Shown: positions 35,501 to 48,092 of the stretch, piece after piece
Layout of the letters: every line of letters starts with the position of its first letter
Numbering within the stretch: position 1 is the stretch's first letter
Assembly (NCBI GenBank): GCA_950097015.1
Contig: CATNEN010000002.1
Coordinates: 8,370,001-8,434,000, forward strand
Direction of reading: 5' to 3'
Origin: Macrostomum hystrix
Lineage: Eukaryota; Animalia; Platyhelminthes
DNA: 64,000 nt
The notes under the pieces: generated by a model
Seen by the model: only the letters and a program-made list of their open reading frames with translations
Databases searched by the model: none
Told to the model about the DNA's origin: nothing
Translations under genes and position numbers: made by a program

Positions 35501-38500
35501 CCCGCTGCTGGCGTCTCCTCCGCCTCCGGCCGCCGCCGCTGCCGCCGCCACGCCATCCGATCGAGGCGTCGACGGAAGCGTCGGCGACAGGAGGCTGAGC
35601 AGCGACGATGAAGCTGACGATGACGACTGGGCAGCGGCGGCGGCGCAAGTCAGCGGCCTGCTGGCCGGCAACCTGCTGCCACCGCCGAAGCCTCGATCGT
35701 CGTCGTCGCAGTCGTCTTGCTCGTCACCGGAGGACCGGTGCCGGTAGCGGCTTCGCGCCAGCCGAGGCAGCTTGGCTTTTGCCCTGGTCCTAGGACTGCT
35801 GCTGCAAGTCTAACTGGCCTTCTGCTCTATTCCAGTGTGGCGCACTGATTTATTGGCAGTTTTGTCATGTTGCTCTTGTGCTAGTCTGCTTCTGCTTGCA
35901 AGAACTGCTCCGCCAACGGCCAGTCGGACTCAGCTTAACCGATATTAGCTTCCTAATGTCCTCCCTTTTCAGCTGCTAACAACAGGATGCTGCAGCAATG
36001 ACAACCCGTGCGGATACTCTTGCCCAAGAACTCTGATTGGCCAGCAGGGAGTCGATGGCCTTTAGGAGGGCCATCAGCTCAACTGAGCTGTTGATCAGAC
36101 CATGGGCAAAGGGGGCTGCGGATACAGTTTCAGCTGTTGCTGATGTGCTTGAAGATATATTTTAATTTTGCCAACAATCGCTTTGTTCTCAATTAAAGAG
36201 ATCGATACAATCCAAGCTCAAATCTCTGCTGAGCTGCTTCTAGCTACTGCAAGTAGGTTGCTGTTCAACACGAAAATGCTTTGTTTTCGATGTGCAGTGA
36301 GCTAAAATTAGATGCTCGCAACAGGCGGACAGGCCGGATATTCCCCAGTGACTTCCTAGTTCAGCCTCTAAAAAACTAATTACAAGTGGATTTTGAGCAG
36401 TCCAGCTGATTTGGGGCTTAGGCTGCTGCGAGCACTGCTCTGACAGGTCGCATCTTCATCAACTGGTCTCAAAGGGTGTTAGGACGGGACTTTGGCTGCA
36501 GCACTCGGTACAACATTAGGGATCTGGCGCGCTCCCGAGACGGTGGAAGTACTCAAGATGAGTTCTCAGATGCTAGTCCCTTGACACTGTTTGAGTAATA
36601 GAACAACAGTGCTCATGCAGCTGAATATTCTGGACCGGTGAAGCCACAGGGCAATGGCAGGAGACAACAGGAATACACGGAGAGGCCAGCTTCCTGTCTC
36701 ATTGATTTTGCCACGCGCCTCGGCTATCCTTTGTTCCTCGGGTCCCATAGGAACTAAAATATACGCGTATCCTTTGTGAGCCTTGTGAGAGGGACAAGCA
36801 GAAAATTCCTTCTTTCGAGTCTTTCGAGTACAGGTATCTAGCTTTTATCACACTGAAAAAAGAACTAGAAACTGCTCGGCAAGCTCAGTATATCAGCTAA
36901 ACTGCTACTGAGTCGGTTCTTAAGAATTCCTGCCTCGATTATAAGGTTCTTACTTCGATTCTCATGCTGCAGCTTCGATTCTAGTTCTCCAGCTTCGATT
37001 CTAAAACTCCAGCTTCGATTCTAAAACTCCAGCTTCGATTCTAAAACTCCAGCTTCGATTCTAAAACTCCAGCTTCGATTCTAAAACTCCAGCTTCGATT
37101 CTAAAACTCCAGCTTCGATTCTAAAACTCCAGCTTCAGTTCTAAAACTCCAGATTCAGTTCTAAAACTCCAGCTTCGATTCTAAAACTCCAGCTTCGATT
37201 CTAAAACTCCAGCTTCGATTCTAAAACTCCAGCTTCGATTCTAAACCTCCAGCTTCGATTCTTAAACTCCAGCTTCAGTTCTAAAACTCCAGCTTCAGTT
37301 CTAAAACTCCAGCTTCAGTTCTAAAACTCCAGCTTCAGTTCTAAAACTCCAGCTTCGATTCTAAAACTCCAGCTTCGATTCTAAAACTCCAGCTTCGATT
37401 CTAAAACTCCAGCTTCGATTCTAAAACTCCAGCTTCGATTCTAGTTCTCCAGCTTCGATTCTTAAACTCCAGCTTCGATTCTAAAATTCAGCTTCAGTTC
37501 TAAAACTCCAGCATCAGTTCTAAAACTCCAGCTTCGATTTTAAAACTCCTGCAGCTTCGATTCTAAAATCCAGCTTCATTTCTAAAACTCCAGCTTCGAT
37601 TCCAAAACTCCAGCTTCGATTCCAAAACTCCAGCTTAGAATCCAGCTTAGAATCCTGCCATGGTTATATCTGCGTCCATTTTTTAGCTTCTTTTCCGTCT
37701 ACTGTCTAAGAATTAGTTTTTCTCATCACAACGCAGAGTTAATGCATATTTCATTCGCTTCTCTCCCATCCTACTGTTAGTAGCGTGCTCCAACCAGCCA
37801 GTTTTTTCTTGGCAAAATTGAGGGAAAAGCTGAAAAAGGCTTAATCGGCCGACTGGGACTTCTCAATGAGGCCAAGCGGGGTTTGTCAACCGATGCCTCC
37901 GCTGCATATTGATCAGGGAATCCCTTGCTGGGAGAGAGGGACTTCAAAGTGGATTTTTTGTTTCAAAAGGATCCGCTTGCGTTTTCCACTTGAGGAAAGG
38001 AAAACAGGCACACACACACAAGATGCTTCTGGTGCCATTCTGCTAAGTTAGTTACCAATGACCCGGCCCAGCTGAGAATCGACTGCCTGAACTTTCAGCC
38101 TTCGGCAAGCGGGGGGCGGCGCTCAGTGCGCTTCCATCGAGTTGATCGATTTACTTTTCTTTGAAGAAGCCTCTCTTACTGCGCAGGCTTTGCTCAAATG
38201 CCACGTTAGTGTGTGTTTTGACGCCTTTATTTTTAGCCTGATTGGCAGCCTTTTCTCGGTGACAGACCTGGTCTGGTCTGTTATGTCTGGTTCGATGTTT
38301 GTGAGACGGGCCAATCGCTTCTGTTTGGACGCTAGTTAAGAGTGCAGACTTGTTCCTCTGCAGCCGATAATGCATGGGTCTGCAGTGGTAGCTATTGCAC
38401 CTATCAGCCTAACGGTTACAGCTTCGCACTTCTAACAGAGTGGTCGGGAGTTCGAATTTCAAGCCAAGTGAACCAAGTATTTTAGCAAGCATTAGCTAGG

Positions 38501-38746
38501 GTAATTGGCGTGGGTGTGACGGCCTCCCAGTCTGGCCTAAGTAGGATAGGTGAACATTGTTACGAGTATCTCGTATCTTCTAGCTCCTATCTGAACCAAT
38601 CAAAATGAAACGACACTCACGACTTTTTCCGTCGCTTTGTGTTCACCGAGCCGATCTCGCTCTGCAGGATGGCCAGGTCGATGTTGTCCTTCTGCAGCTG
38701 CTTGATGAACTTCTTGTTGTTCATCCAGCCGAACTGGTAGGAATAC
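23491..38746 (-). CDS. HVCN1: Hv1-type voltage-gated proton channel, shared (constant) exons
   Basis: Exons 38621-38746, 35329-35801 (S1), 33139-33665 (loop + S2), 31070-31193 (S3-S4), 28454-28569 and 27229-27307 (coiled coil), 24995-25644 and 23491-23577, all phase-consistent. S1 FVLIDAVIVIAEIILE (Asp), S2 LHFVSIGILGLFVLEVALK, S3 IVDAVVIMISFVAD, S4 LLWRIVRVING. No pore domain. Confidence 0.88.
23806..24113 (-). mobile_element. tRNA-derived CORE-type SINE (family B), full length
   Basis: A/B-box head GAGGTTGTAGCCTAGTGGTT..GGTTCGATTCCC, CORE-like body, AT-rich tail, 12-bp TSD TTGTATAGTACA at 23794-23805 and 24114-24125. Confidence 0.9.
24995..25644 (-). CDS. HVCN1: Hv channel exon, long disordered and acidic C-terminal tail
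   Basis: Frame of ORF 24935..25642; acceptor caccgcag, donor gtgagc. Confidence 0.75.
26538..27085. repeat. 32-bp minisatellite CAGACTGACAATATGGGGCCTTGCTCAAACTC
   Basis: About 17 near-identical copies. Confidence 0.96.
27229..27307 (-). CDS. HVCN1: Hv channel exon, end of coiled coil (not in ORF track)
   Basis: ctcttcag|KHILFLEELCRELGAGEEQIANCKPR|gtaagt; phases fit both neighbours. Confidence 0.75.
28240..28406. repeat. 29-bp minisatellite CATTCAGAGGCTACAGCCCATAGACAACA
   Basis: About 5.5 copies. Confidence 0.93.
28454..28569 (-). CDS. HVCN1: Hv channel exon, start of C-terminal coiled coil
   Basis: gtttcag|GLMMHEKQRGEFRIQLQKRARRMSEMKCDSLETERDLQE|gtgggt. Confidence 0.8.
29505..29757. repeat. 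21-bp minisatellite GGGATTCTGTCTTTCCAGTTT
   Basis: About 12 copies. Confidence 0.93.
30601..30922 (+). mobile_element. tRNA-derived SINE family A, near full length
   Basis: Head GGGTGAGTGGCAGAG..GCCTCTCGCACCAAGGTCCCTGAGCTCGATTC; body shared with several other copies in the window. Confidence 0.8.
31070..31193 (-). CDS. HVCN1: Hv channel exon S3-S4 (not in ORF track)
   Basis: atttcag|IVDAVVIMISFVADIVFVKLESTEVSVMVLFLLWRIVRVING|gtaagc. Confidence 0.92.
31818..32168. repeat. 88-bp tandem repeat, 4 copies
   Basis: AGATATGATT recurs at 31831, 31919, 32007 and 32095. Confidence 0.93.
32935..33062 (-). mobile_element. SINE family A 3' fragment (similar fragment at 27374-27460)
   Basis: GAGGAGGCAATTCTGC..GAGCACAC..GTGTGTACATCTGC matches 30800-30920 reversed. 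Confidence 0.7.
33139..33665 (-). CDS. HVCN1: Hv channel exon with extended S1-S2 loop and S2
   Basis: Ends ..LKIVCLGRNFVREKFE|gtaagt (human FFHHKFE). The acceptor at 33666 abuts a 10-bp repeat, so the exact start is less certain. Confidence 0.85.
33666..33757. repeat. 10-bp repeat GTTTGAGCAG
   Basis: About 9 copies directly at an Hv acceptor site. Confidence 0.9.
34500..35245. repeat. CT-rich ~16-bp minisatellite GTCTCATCTCTCCCCA
   Basis: Degenerate tandem array. Confidence 0.92.
35329..35801 (-). CDS. HVCN1: Hv channel exon with S0-S1 (selectivity Asp codon at 35378-35380)
   Basis: RSNVVQIILCAFVLIDAVIVIAEIILEIK versus human [29 protein letters not shown]. Confidence 0.9.
36975..37655. 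repeat. 20-bp minisatellite CAGCTTCGATTCTAAAACTC
   Basis: About 33 copies. Confidence 0.95.
38395..38560 (+). mobile_element. Diverged tRNA-derived SINE related to family B
   Basis: B-box-like GAGTTCGAATTTC and 3' motif GGGTGTGACGGCCTCCCAGTC. Confidence 0.4.
38621..38746 (-). CDS. HVCN1: Hv channel first shared exon (phase 2 to phase 2)
   Basis: cctacacag|xYSYQFGWMNNKKFIKQLQKDNIDLAILQSEIGSVNTKRRKKS|gtgagt; internal ATG at 38724. Confidence 0.7.
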
Positions 38747-39412
38747 CTGTGTAGGATAATTGAATTGAATGCGTGATAAGTTAGACATTGTGTGTTGATA
38801 AAATATATCTTCGGTGCATTTTAGCATTAAAAAAACACGTCGAGTTCAAAAGTAAGTTCAGCGCAAAGGTTAACCCAATAATTGCCAAGAATAATGCCAG
38901 GAGGAAATCTGTCTGTTTATTTGCTTTCCACAGCTTGCACCTCGGAACCACAAGTAAGCTCAGCTCAGGGCTAGATGCGGCTGAAGCTTTGCCTCGAGCG
39001 ACCCCGAGAAGCGGCCGGGGGCGGAGCGAACAGCTGCAGGACGTCCCAACCAAGGATTCAGGGAGCAGCGAGGGGGGTAGGGAGTGGGAAATTTGTTGAG
39101 GTCGCCGATCTGGAAGGGATTTCGGGAGCAATTAACCATGACCTCGGATTCGGCTGGCGCAGATTCATCCTTCAAAGCATTGCGGAGGATGAATCCGCAC
39201 CGATTGTTTTGCAGATTGCCCTTTGGCGAGTGATGAAGTGTCGCTGGCCTTCAATGATGCCCGATCTTTGACTTTGGCCTACAGTTAGCACTGGCGTCGA
39301 GTATCGGGGCTTCCCCCAGCCCTCCGGCTGCCTCATGAGTGAAGTTCAGGCTATGATTTGCATAGCCATGATTGATGTGTTTGGGAGCGCAGCCTGCTGA
39401 CACATAGATCCA

Positions 39413-40816
39413 TGTATCTATCCATCTGTCTATCCATCTGTCTATCCATCTGTCTATCCATCTGTCTATCCATCTGTCTATCCATCTGTCTATCCATCTG
39501 TCTATCCATCTGTCTATCCATCTGTCTATCCATCTGTCTATCCATCTATCTATCCATCTGTCTATCCATCTGTCTATCCATCTGTCTATCCATCTGTCTA
39601 TCCATCTGTCTATCCATCTGTCTATCCATCTGTCTATCCATCTGTCTATCCATCTGTCTATCCATCTGTCTATCCATCTGTCTATCCATCTGTCTATCCA
39701 TCTGTCTATCCATCTGTCTATCCGTCTGTCTATCCATCTGTCTATCCATCTGTCTATCCATCTGTCTATCCATCTGTCTATCCATCTGTCTATCCGTCTG
39801 TCTATCCATCTGTCTATCCATCTGTCTATCCATCTGTCTATCCATCTGTCTATCCATCTGTCTATCCATCTGTCTATCCATCTGTCTATCCATCTGTCTA
39901 TCCATCTGTCTATCCATCTGTCTATCCATCTGTCTATCCATCTGTCTATCCATCTGTCTATCCATCTGTCTATCCATCTGTCTATCCATCTGTCTATCCA
40001 TCTGTCTATCCATCTGTCTATCCATCTGTCTATCCATCTGTCTATCCATCTGTCTATCCATCTGTCTATCCATCTGTCTATCCGTCTGTCTATCCATCTG
40101 TCTATCCATCTGTCTATCCATCTGTCTATCCATCTGTCTATCCATCTGTCTATCCATCTGTCTATCCATCTGTCTATCCATCTGTCTATCCATCTGTCTA
40201 TCCATCTGTCTATCCATCTATCTATCCATCTATCTATCCATCTGTCTATCCATCTGTCTATCCATCTGTCTATCCATCTGTCTATCTGTCTATCTATCCA
40301 TCTGTCTATCTGTCTGTCTATCCATCTGTCTATCCATCTATCTATCCATCTGTCTATCCATCTATCTATCCATCTGTCTATCCATCTGTCTATCCATCTG
40401 TCTATCCATCTGTCTATCCATCTGTCTATCCATCTATCTATCCATCTGTCTATCCATCTGTCTATCCATCTGTCTATCCATCTGTCTATCCGTCTGTCTA
40501 TCCATCTGTCTATCCATCTGTCTATCCATCTGTCTATCCATCTGTCTATCCATCTGTCTATCCATCTGTCTATCCATCTGTCTATCCATCTATCTATCCA
40601 TCTGTCTATCCATCTGTCTATCCATCTGTCTATCCATCTGTCTATCCGTCTGTCTATCCATCTGTCTATCCATCTGTCTATCCATCTATCTATCCATCTG
40701 TCTATCCATCTGTCTATCCATCTGTCTATCCATCTATCTATCCATCTGTCTATCCATCTGTCTATCCATCTGTCTATCCATCTGTCTATTCATCTGTCTA
40801 TCCATCTGTCTATCCA
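39413..40816. repeat. 12-bp GATA/GACA-type repeat TCTATCCATCTG
   Basis: About 117 copies. Confidence 0.97.
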
Positions 40817-42884
40817 TGAGAGGTGAGTTTAGGACTTCAATTCAGCTTTTCTTAAAATATCTCATGCCACACAGAATGCATTTTCTAAACAAGCTAGGTA
40901 AGAAAGATGAAGAAGACATTTCTGTTGGCTTGAGGAAAGACTGGTCCGTGTTATTTGTCCACATGAGTGATCAAAATAAGCCTCATTCGTCTCGCTACAT
41001 ATTGAGCACTGGGCATTAGACTGGTCTTTAAGTGCAAAAGAAACTTTATCGCTCTTCAGTCTTGACAGAGAATGGGTTGCAGGCTCAGCAAACGCCAGTC
41101 TGCTTCAAGCTAAACTTAATTCGAAAGTGTTTTAATAGGCATGAAAAATGTGAAAGCACTTTTCAGATTTCTACGGGAGTAGTAGAAAACTCTCATTTTT
41201 CTTGGGGTTTTTAAAAGCCTAATTATCACAAAAGCGGCAGACTTGTTAAGACTTCCGAGCTAAATGTTCACAAAGTTCTGCAATACGCAAAATTAATCTT
41301 CGGGGAACGTCGCAGGCGATCGAAAAGGATGAGGTGAAGGCAGCACTTTACAATGGCGGAAAATATAAAGTGCTTTTATTGCGCCTTCAGTTATTCTTTG
41401 CTCGGCTTCATTGCCAGCACTGACGAGAGCGCACGCGGCCGCCCCGGGGCCACTAGAAAAGTTGCAACAACTGAAAACGCTGCCGCAAAAATACATGCGG
41501 TAGTGGAAAATGCACTCTCCGATCGCCTTCTCTCTTGTGCTTTTCATCCCCAAATTATGGGGAGGCTGATCCCACCGCGGCCACCAAGTGACGCTGGTTA
41601 CCGTCGGCGGACATCTGCTGCGCTGTCTTTTCAACATGCAGGCAGCGTGGTGATCGGCATAAAGCTGAGCCTTTGTTAGTTCATTCACCAATTTTGAATT
41701 GGTACAGGCGGGTGGAGAGACGAACCGGACTGCACATTGAGGAATTCCTGCGTCTGCGTGTTGTAGAAGCTCGTTTTGTCACCTCGAATCTGCGCCAATT
41801 TTTTGTTCTGGACCTTGGACCCGGGTTTCCAACACAGAATCTCTACCTGTTTTACCAAGACGATCGGACCTACCGCTTTGTTAAACTTACCGAAGAAAAC
41901 TATTCGTGATATCGATAGGCGGCACTGATAGCCAGCAAGGTACGAGTAGGAGGCGAACAGTGAGTTCGGATGAGGCTGCATGCAGCTATAACTGTTGGGT
42001 TGCCGAAATTTAAAGTTCAATGTTTGTTTACTGACATTTCCCATATCCTTTCGAAGCTATAATTGCTGGCGATTGGTTGATTACGTCGAATTTCGGCCTG
42101 TCTTTACCTGGCCATGGCTAGATTAAAACTAGACATCTGCACGCAACGAGAGGTAACGTTTAGGAGATGTGCCTGGCGTACTTGACAAAGTTTTCTTGTT
42201 TTTTAGCATTGCTTTCCTCTCCTTACGAGGATCTGTAAGTGCTTCTACTAAAACTAAAATTTACTTTCAGAACTACCTGTCTAAAGACGAGTTAGAGAAC
42301 TAAACCCGACGTGACCATTTTGTGTGTCTCCTGAAGCAAGTGCGCCGTACACCGTACACCTTGCATAGCCCTATTAAGATAAGCAAGGCTAGTCTAGTTG
42401 CTATGGAAGATCATCTGTCTGCTGAATATGTGAGTTTAGACTTGGCTTTCCTAAGCGGCTGCAGTTATGCAGTTTTTGGGTTTGAAACGCTGCATAAAAA
42501 TGACATCCTGGAAAATTATAGCCTGAAAAAACCTGGTAATTGGCGACCGCCACCACTTCTCCGTGTAAACTTTACAGATGAAGAAATTCGAACTTCTGCC
42601 GTCCATAATTTGGTTCTATCGTGGAATTCCGCAGTGGGCTGGAGAGGACGAGAATGAACAAATCAAGTGCTGAATATGCTCGCTTACGAGTTTATGCTGC
42701 TGACCACGGGAATAGGAGAAAGCTATCTGTAATGACTCAGCAACTAGGCCGCGTTTAGAGTGCGAGAAAGAACGTGAGTCAGACTGCGATATTAAATATC
42801 TATTTGGATGTACGCACAATCGATGGGCACTAGGCGTACAACGTGCAAGCACAAGGTGTGAGAGACAAAGAACGATGGAAGTAG

Positions 42885-43370
42885 AATGGGTGCTAGTGCA
42901 CTAGTGGAATGGGTGCTAGTGCACTAGTAGAATGGGTGCTAGTGCCCTAGTAGAAATGGGTGCTAGTGCACTAGTAGAAATGGGTGCTAGTGCACTAGTA
43001 GAAATGGGTGCTAGTGCACTAGTAGAAATGGGTGCTAGTGCACTAGTAGAAATGGGTGCTAGTGCACTAGTAGAAATGGGTGCTAGTGCACTAGTAGAAA
43101 TGGGTGCTAGTGCACTAGTAGAAATGGGTGCTAGTGCACTAGTAGAAATGGGTGCTAGTGCCCTAGTAGAAATGGGTGCTAGTGCACTAGTAGAAATGGG
43201 TGCTAGTGCACTAGTAGAATGGGCGCTAGTGCACTAGTAGAAATGGGTGCTAGTGCATTAGTAGAATGAGTGCTAGTGCACTATAAGAATGAGTGCTAGT
43301 GCACTAGTAGAATGGGTGCTAGTGCACTAGTAGAATGGGTGCTAGTGCACTATAAGAATGAGTGCTAGGT
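42885..43370. repeat. 24-bp minisatellite GGGTGCTAGTGCACTAGTAGAAAT with internal palindrome
   Basis: About 20 copies. Confidence 0.95.
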
Positions 43371-45324
43371 GCTAGGTGCCTCTCTCAATCTTTTACATTT
43401 TACATTTTACATTTCTACATTTCTCCACCTAGCTTTATATACGTCGTTTTCCGTAAAATGCACGAATGTTTCGCATGTTTATTTAACCAAAGTACTTCCT
43501 GTTTTGCAAACTTGTACTGCTGTTAGAAAACGATTTTAGAAAATGTTTTACAAATACACGGGCAGCGGATTCTGATACGGCTCACGGATAAGAGGGTGGG
43601 GACCCTTCGCTGCCCAAGTCGGCAATATCAGGGGCCACAGTACATTGTGGATCGGTCTTTTTGATCTGCTTTAACCTGGGCCCGTAAAAATACTTGCTGA
43701 GCACCAGAGATTTTGTTTATCTGACTGGAACTGACGCAGGCGCGCAGAACGCAGTCTTGGAGGCCCTCCAACTCGTCCCCGCTGGTAAAATAGGTTGTTT
43801 TTGTTTCAATAAGCTCCGCATTCCTACTGTCTGCAGTATCGCGCTGGAGGCAGAAAGTTCAAATCGAGCCAGCCCAATCGTGATGCCGAACTGATTAGCA
43901 TCCCCAGTTTCTGGGATAAACAAAAGTAGAGTTTCCCGCAGTTTATTGCACCAACCAGCGGAGATTGTCCCAAGAGCCCCAACGCCTGGAGCGCGTCGCG
44001 AACTTTGGGAACTTTTCCGAAAGGAGACGAAGGTGAAACCAGTCCTTGGACCGGATTAGACGGTTGGCATAAAATGACGCGCTTTCAATCAATCTGTGAT
44101 TTCTTTTGAGATAAAATTGGCAAAACAGCTGGGTTTTGATGTCGCCTGGCACACATCAATCATCAGTTCAGAGGGTTTAATTGGGGGTTAGTCGCGAGGT
44201 GACCGTCAACTGACCCCTGAACGCAGCAGACGTCCGAGAATGCCTAGCAGAACGCAACTAGGATCTGGGATGCATGCTGGTGGAGTTCCAAAACTGAGTT
44301 GGGTGGACGACGTGCGCAGAATGACAGAATTAATTTGAGGCGCACAGTTCAGCGCCTGAGTCCGCTCATGTCTGTCTCACCACTCTCTGTCTTTAATTAA
44401 TGTGCCCCCAGTGAGTCCAGACCGAGCGGCTTCAGCTCCGTGCGAACGGCGAAGTTCTGCGGCTACTGCTGAATAAACAGGAAAGGACTCGGCCGAACCG
44501 CTTTGAGCAGAGAAGGAAAGAAGAAAATGGAGAGGAAGGCAGCCTGAGCCCGGAGTGGACTTTGAGCGATGAGGACACCAGCGGAGACCAGCAGAGGAGT
44601 CGCAACTCGAGTTTGATGTATTCTTTCGCTGCCAGCTGCGACGAACTTATCCCGGCCTCTCAGCCAGTCGCTCTTCTTCAATCTCGTTTCAATTCCAAGT
44701 GCGGTTCGCCGAGATGGGGAGGAGCGGTGGTCGCTGCCTGCCTTCCATCCTCCGAGCATTCCACTTCGCTGCCTTCAGTTAACCCTGGCTATTTCCCTCT
44801 CTTTCTTGGAGCGTTTTCAGAGACCCGACGCCTTGGAATATTCCTTGTAACAAACAGCACGCTGGTGTTGGGTTTACTTATCTAATTTAAGAAGGCCTCG
44901 TTTCTAAACTAAATGTCTACAAGATAGACTTTGTAGTTTCCCAACAGACTATTTAATTTAGTCTACAACATATGATTATTTAACCAAAGTACTTCGTGTG
45001 CTGTAACTTGTATTGCTGTTAACAAACTGTCAATCTGTCTTAACGAAGCTACGTACTATTGATTTTGTTCCACTATTGGCGCATGCGTGCGTGCGTTCGA
45101 TACTGTACGCTAATGTTTGAGAACACTAATTGCTTTGTCTTCAGTCTCATTCATTAACCGCGGATAAAATTATCCTGACGGTACTCAAGGCCTACTGCGA
45201 CTATTCTAGCATAAGATTGCGCCCAAAGTTTTGTCTCCGGACCGATGGATTCTCGTACATGAGAAACAGCGGCAGAAGGCTCGATGCCTTCCCCCAAGCA
45301 GCATCCTATCAACACGCTGCTCAC

Positions 45325-45593
45325 CCGTTTCGCGCCCTTCTCGACAGTCGACGTCCGTCACCGGCAGCGCCATCTGAGGCGCCGTCCTTACCCGAGACGG
45401 AAGCTTCCGAAGCGGCGGAGGCGGCTGCGACGGTGGACGCGATGCCGTCAGCGGCAATGATAGCGGCCGCGGCGGCCTCCGCCTCCTCCTGGTCCTGGTC
45501 GGTCTCCACAAGGAATACGGCCGCGTTTCTTCGCGCTCGAAACCTGCTCGGCGACGGTGGCGCATTTTTTTCGGCGCTGCGCTGCTTGTCCAT
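45325..45593 (-). CDS. Candidate alternative first exon A of the Hv gene
   Basis: MDKQRSAEK..GRRLSRRARNG, phase-2 donor gtgagc; in-frame stop 16 codons upstream. Confidence 0.6.
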
Positions 45594-47149
45594 TGTGCCC
45601 GAGTGGGGGGAATTTTTCCAACAGGCGCTGCGCCAAGTTCAAGAAACTTCCCAATCGACGCGCATTCGATGCTTTAGCCGTTAGGAAGGCCTGGCCAGGA
45701 TTGGACGGGGCCCAGCGGAGCGATGGATTGGTCCCACATGCTCCCCCTCCGGTGAATAGTTGCTGTAGCGAATTCCTGCCATTCCACTGGTCCCTCCTCA
45801 TCCATGTTTCTGGGTGCCGGCCGGAAATTCCTTTGCCATCCGTGGTCAGAAAGACAGGCAAGCATGAGACTTAGGGGACAAGCGGCCTGGTTTGGGAAAA
45901 CTAAATTCCTAAAAATGGACTTTTTATCGACAATTTCGATCATTCCCACAAAAATGTTGCCAAATCTTCCCGAAAGTGCCAAAATGGACCTCGCAAATCC
46001 TGATGGCTCCCAGCAAAGATCCAGTTATAATCCCCTTGCCAGTAGTGATGGCGGCTCAGGATTGCATTCCTTAGTGGCATTGCATTAGTTGCACACTTTA
46101 ATTGACCATAACAAATGACAGTATCTAAGCTTATGGAAGGACTAACAGCGCGGGTCCTTTGACCCCTGCTGCGCAATCAGACACTTGGCTAAGAACATGC
46201 GCATCGACAGCCTCTTATACAGCCGGACGCTTGGCTGAGGCAGCTGAGGAATTGTTATTTTAAAGTGCAACTTGTTATTTCGCCGTCCGTCTTTTCGCAG
46301 TCCAACATCTTTAATTTAGCCCGTCGTGTTTCCGCGCTAGACATGGCGACGAAAGCCGAGAACCCTTGTGCAAACACTCGGTTACATTGCTGGGTTCGCG
46401 AATTTGGGTGCTTAGCACCCCAACTAGTCCTGACCAGGGACAACTAAATAAAGGAATATTTAGTGGTCCCTAGTCCTGATCCGGTCAGAACCCGCTTATT
46501 GCCGGCTAGTAGTATCGACTATAACTTCTGGGAGACAGTCATGCGCTGAACACACTACTCTCAGAGTTCCTGCAGAACAGTAGTATAACATTCTATTTTG
46601 TCTAGTTTTGCGGTCTAAAATGTACTTCTGATAGCCTTTAATAAGATTTCCGTGAGTTCAAACAACATGTTTCGATTTTAGCTGCAAATTTTTTTTTAAT
46701 TACTAAATTGTCTCTCGCTAGATGCAGGTCGACTGCCACCAAATTATGTTCCAGTGCCCACAGTTCTCACGCGAATATTAATTGCAGTATTGTTCTGTTA
46801 GCATTATGGGAATCAGCAAAATAATGTTGATGGAAATTATTCACAGCCAATCACAAAAAGAGCACTTTAAAATTAATTTTTTGCTGGGTTTTTCATTCCA
46901 AAATAATAAATTCCGTCCCTCTCCTTAGCCACAGCGTCTCAAAACAATTTGAGCTGGGGATAATCTTCCCGGATCCCTAATATTCATAGAGCAGATTCAC
47001 AGTCGAGTCTGCATAGCGGCATGTCGCCCAGCAGACTTAACGCTTGAGGCAGATGGTTTTCAAAGCCTTTTTAACCAACCACAGGGCGACTTCGGGTTAG
47101 CGCCTCCGAGATGCGGAATTACCTACGAAAGGATTTTTTCTTTGTCCAA

Positions 47150-48092
47150 GATCCTGTCTTATCACTCCCCTGTCTCATCTCTCCCCTATCGAATCACTCC
47201 CCTGTCTCATCTCTCCCCTATCGAATCACTCCCCTGTCTCAACTCTCCCACGTCTCATCTCTCCCATGTCTCATCTCTCCCCTGTCTCAACTCTCCCATG
47301 TCTCATCTCTCCCATGTCTCATCTCTCCCTGTCTCAACTCTCCCCTGTCTCAAGTCTCACATGTCTCATCTCTCCCCTGTCTCAACTCTCCCCTGTCTCA
47401 TGTCTCCCCTGTCTCATGTCTCCCCTGTCTCAACTCTCCCCTGTCTCATCTCTCCCGTCTCATCACTCCCATGTCTCATCTCTCCCATGTCTCATCTCTC
47501 CCATGTCTCATCTCTCTCCTGTCTCATCTCTCCCCTGTCTCAACTCTCCCATGTCTCAACTCTCCCCTGTCTCAACTCTCCCCTGTCTCATCTCTCCCGT
47601 CTCATCTCTCCCATGTCTCATCTCTCCCATGTCTAATCTCTCCCCTGTCTCAACTCTCCCATGTCTCATCTCTCCCATGTCTCATCTCTCCCCTGTTTAT
47701 CTCTCCCTTTTCTCATCTCTCCCCTGTCTCATATCTCCTCTGTCTCTTCCTTTCTCCCCTGTCTCATCTCTCCCCTGTCTCAACTCTCCCCTGTCTCATC
47801 TCTCCCCTGTCTCATCTCTCCCCTGTCTCATCTCTCCGATGTCTCAACTCTCCCCTGTCTCATCTCTCCCCTGTCTCATCTCTCCCATGTCTCATCTCTC
47901 CCCTGTCTCAACTCTCCCCTGTCTCATCTCTCCCGTCTCATCTCTCCCCTGTTTATCTCTCCCTTTTCTCATCTCTCCTCTGTCTCATATCTCCCCTGTC
48001 TCATCTCTCCCTTTTCTCATCTCTCCCCTGTCTCATCTCTCCCCTGTCTCATATCTCCTCTGTCTCTTCCTTTCTCCCCTGTCTAATCTCTA
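47150..48092. repeat. CT-rich ~16-bp minisatellite CTGTCTCATCTCTCCC
   Basis: Degenerate tandem array. Confidence 0.93.

Noticed and set aside
23491-38746. Identification as TMEM266, a voltage-sensing phosphatase or a Kv/Nav fragment
   Set aside because: The S1 Asp, WRxxRxxN and coiled coil are Hv features; there is no phosphatase or pore domain after S4.
38931-38950. Plus-strand 20-bp micro-exon-like motif (tttccacag..|gtaagc)
   Set aside because: No partner exons could be identified on the plus strand.
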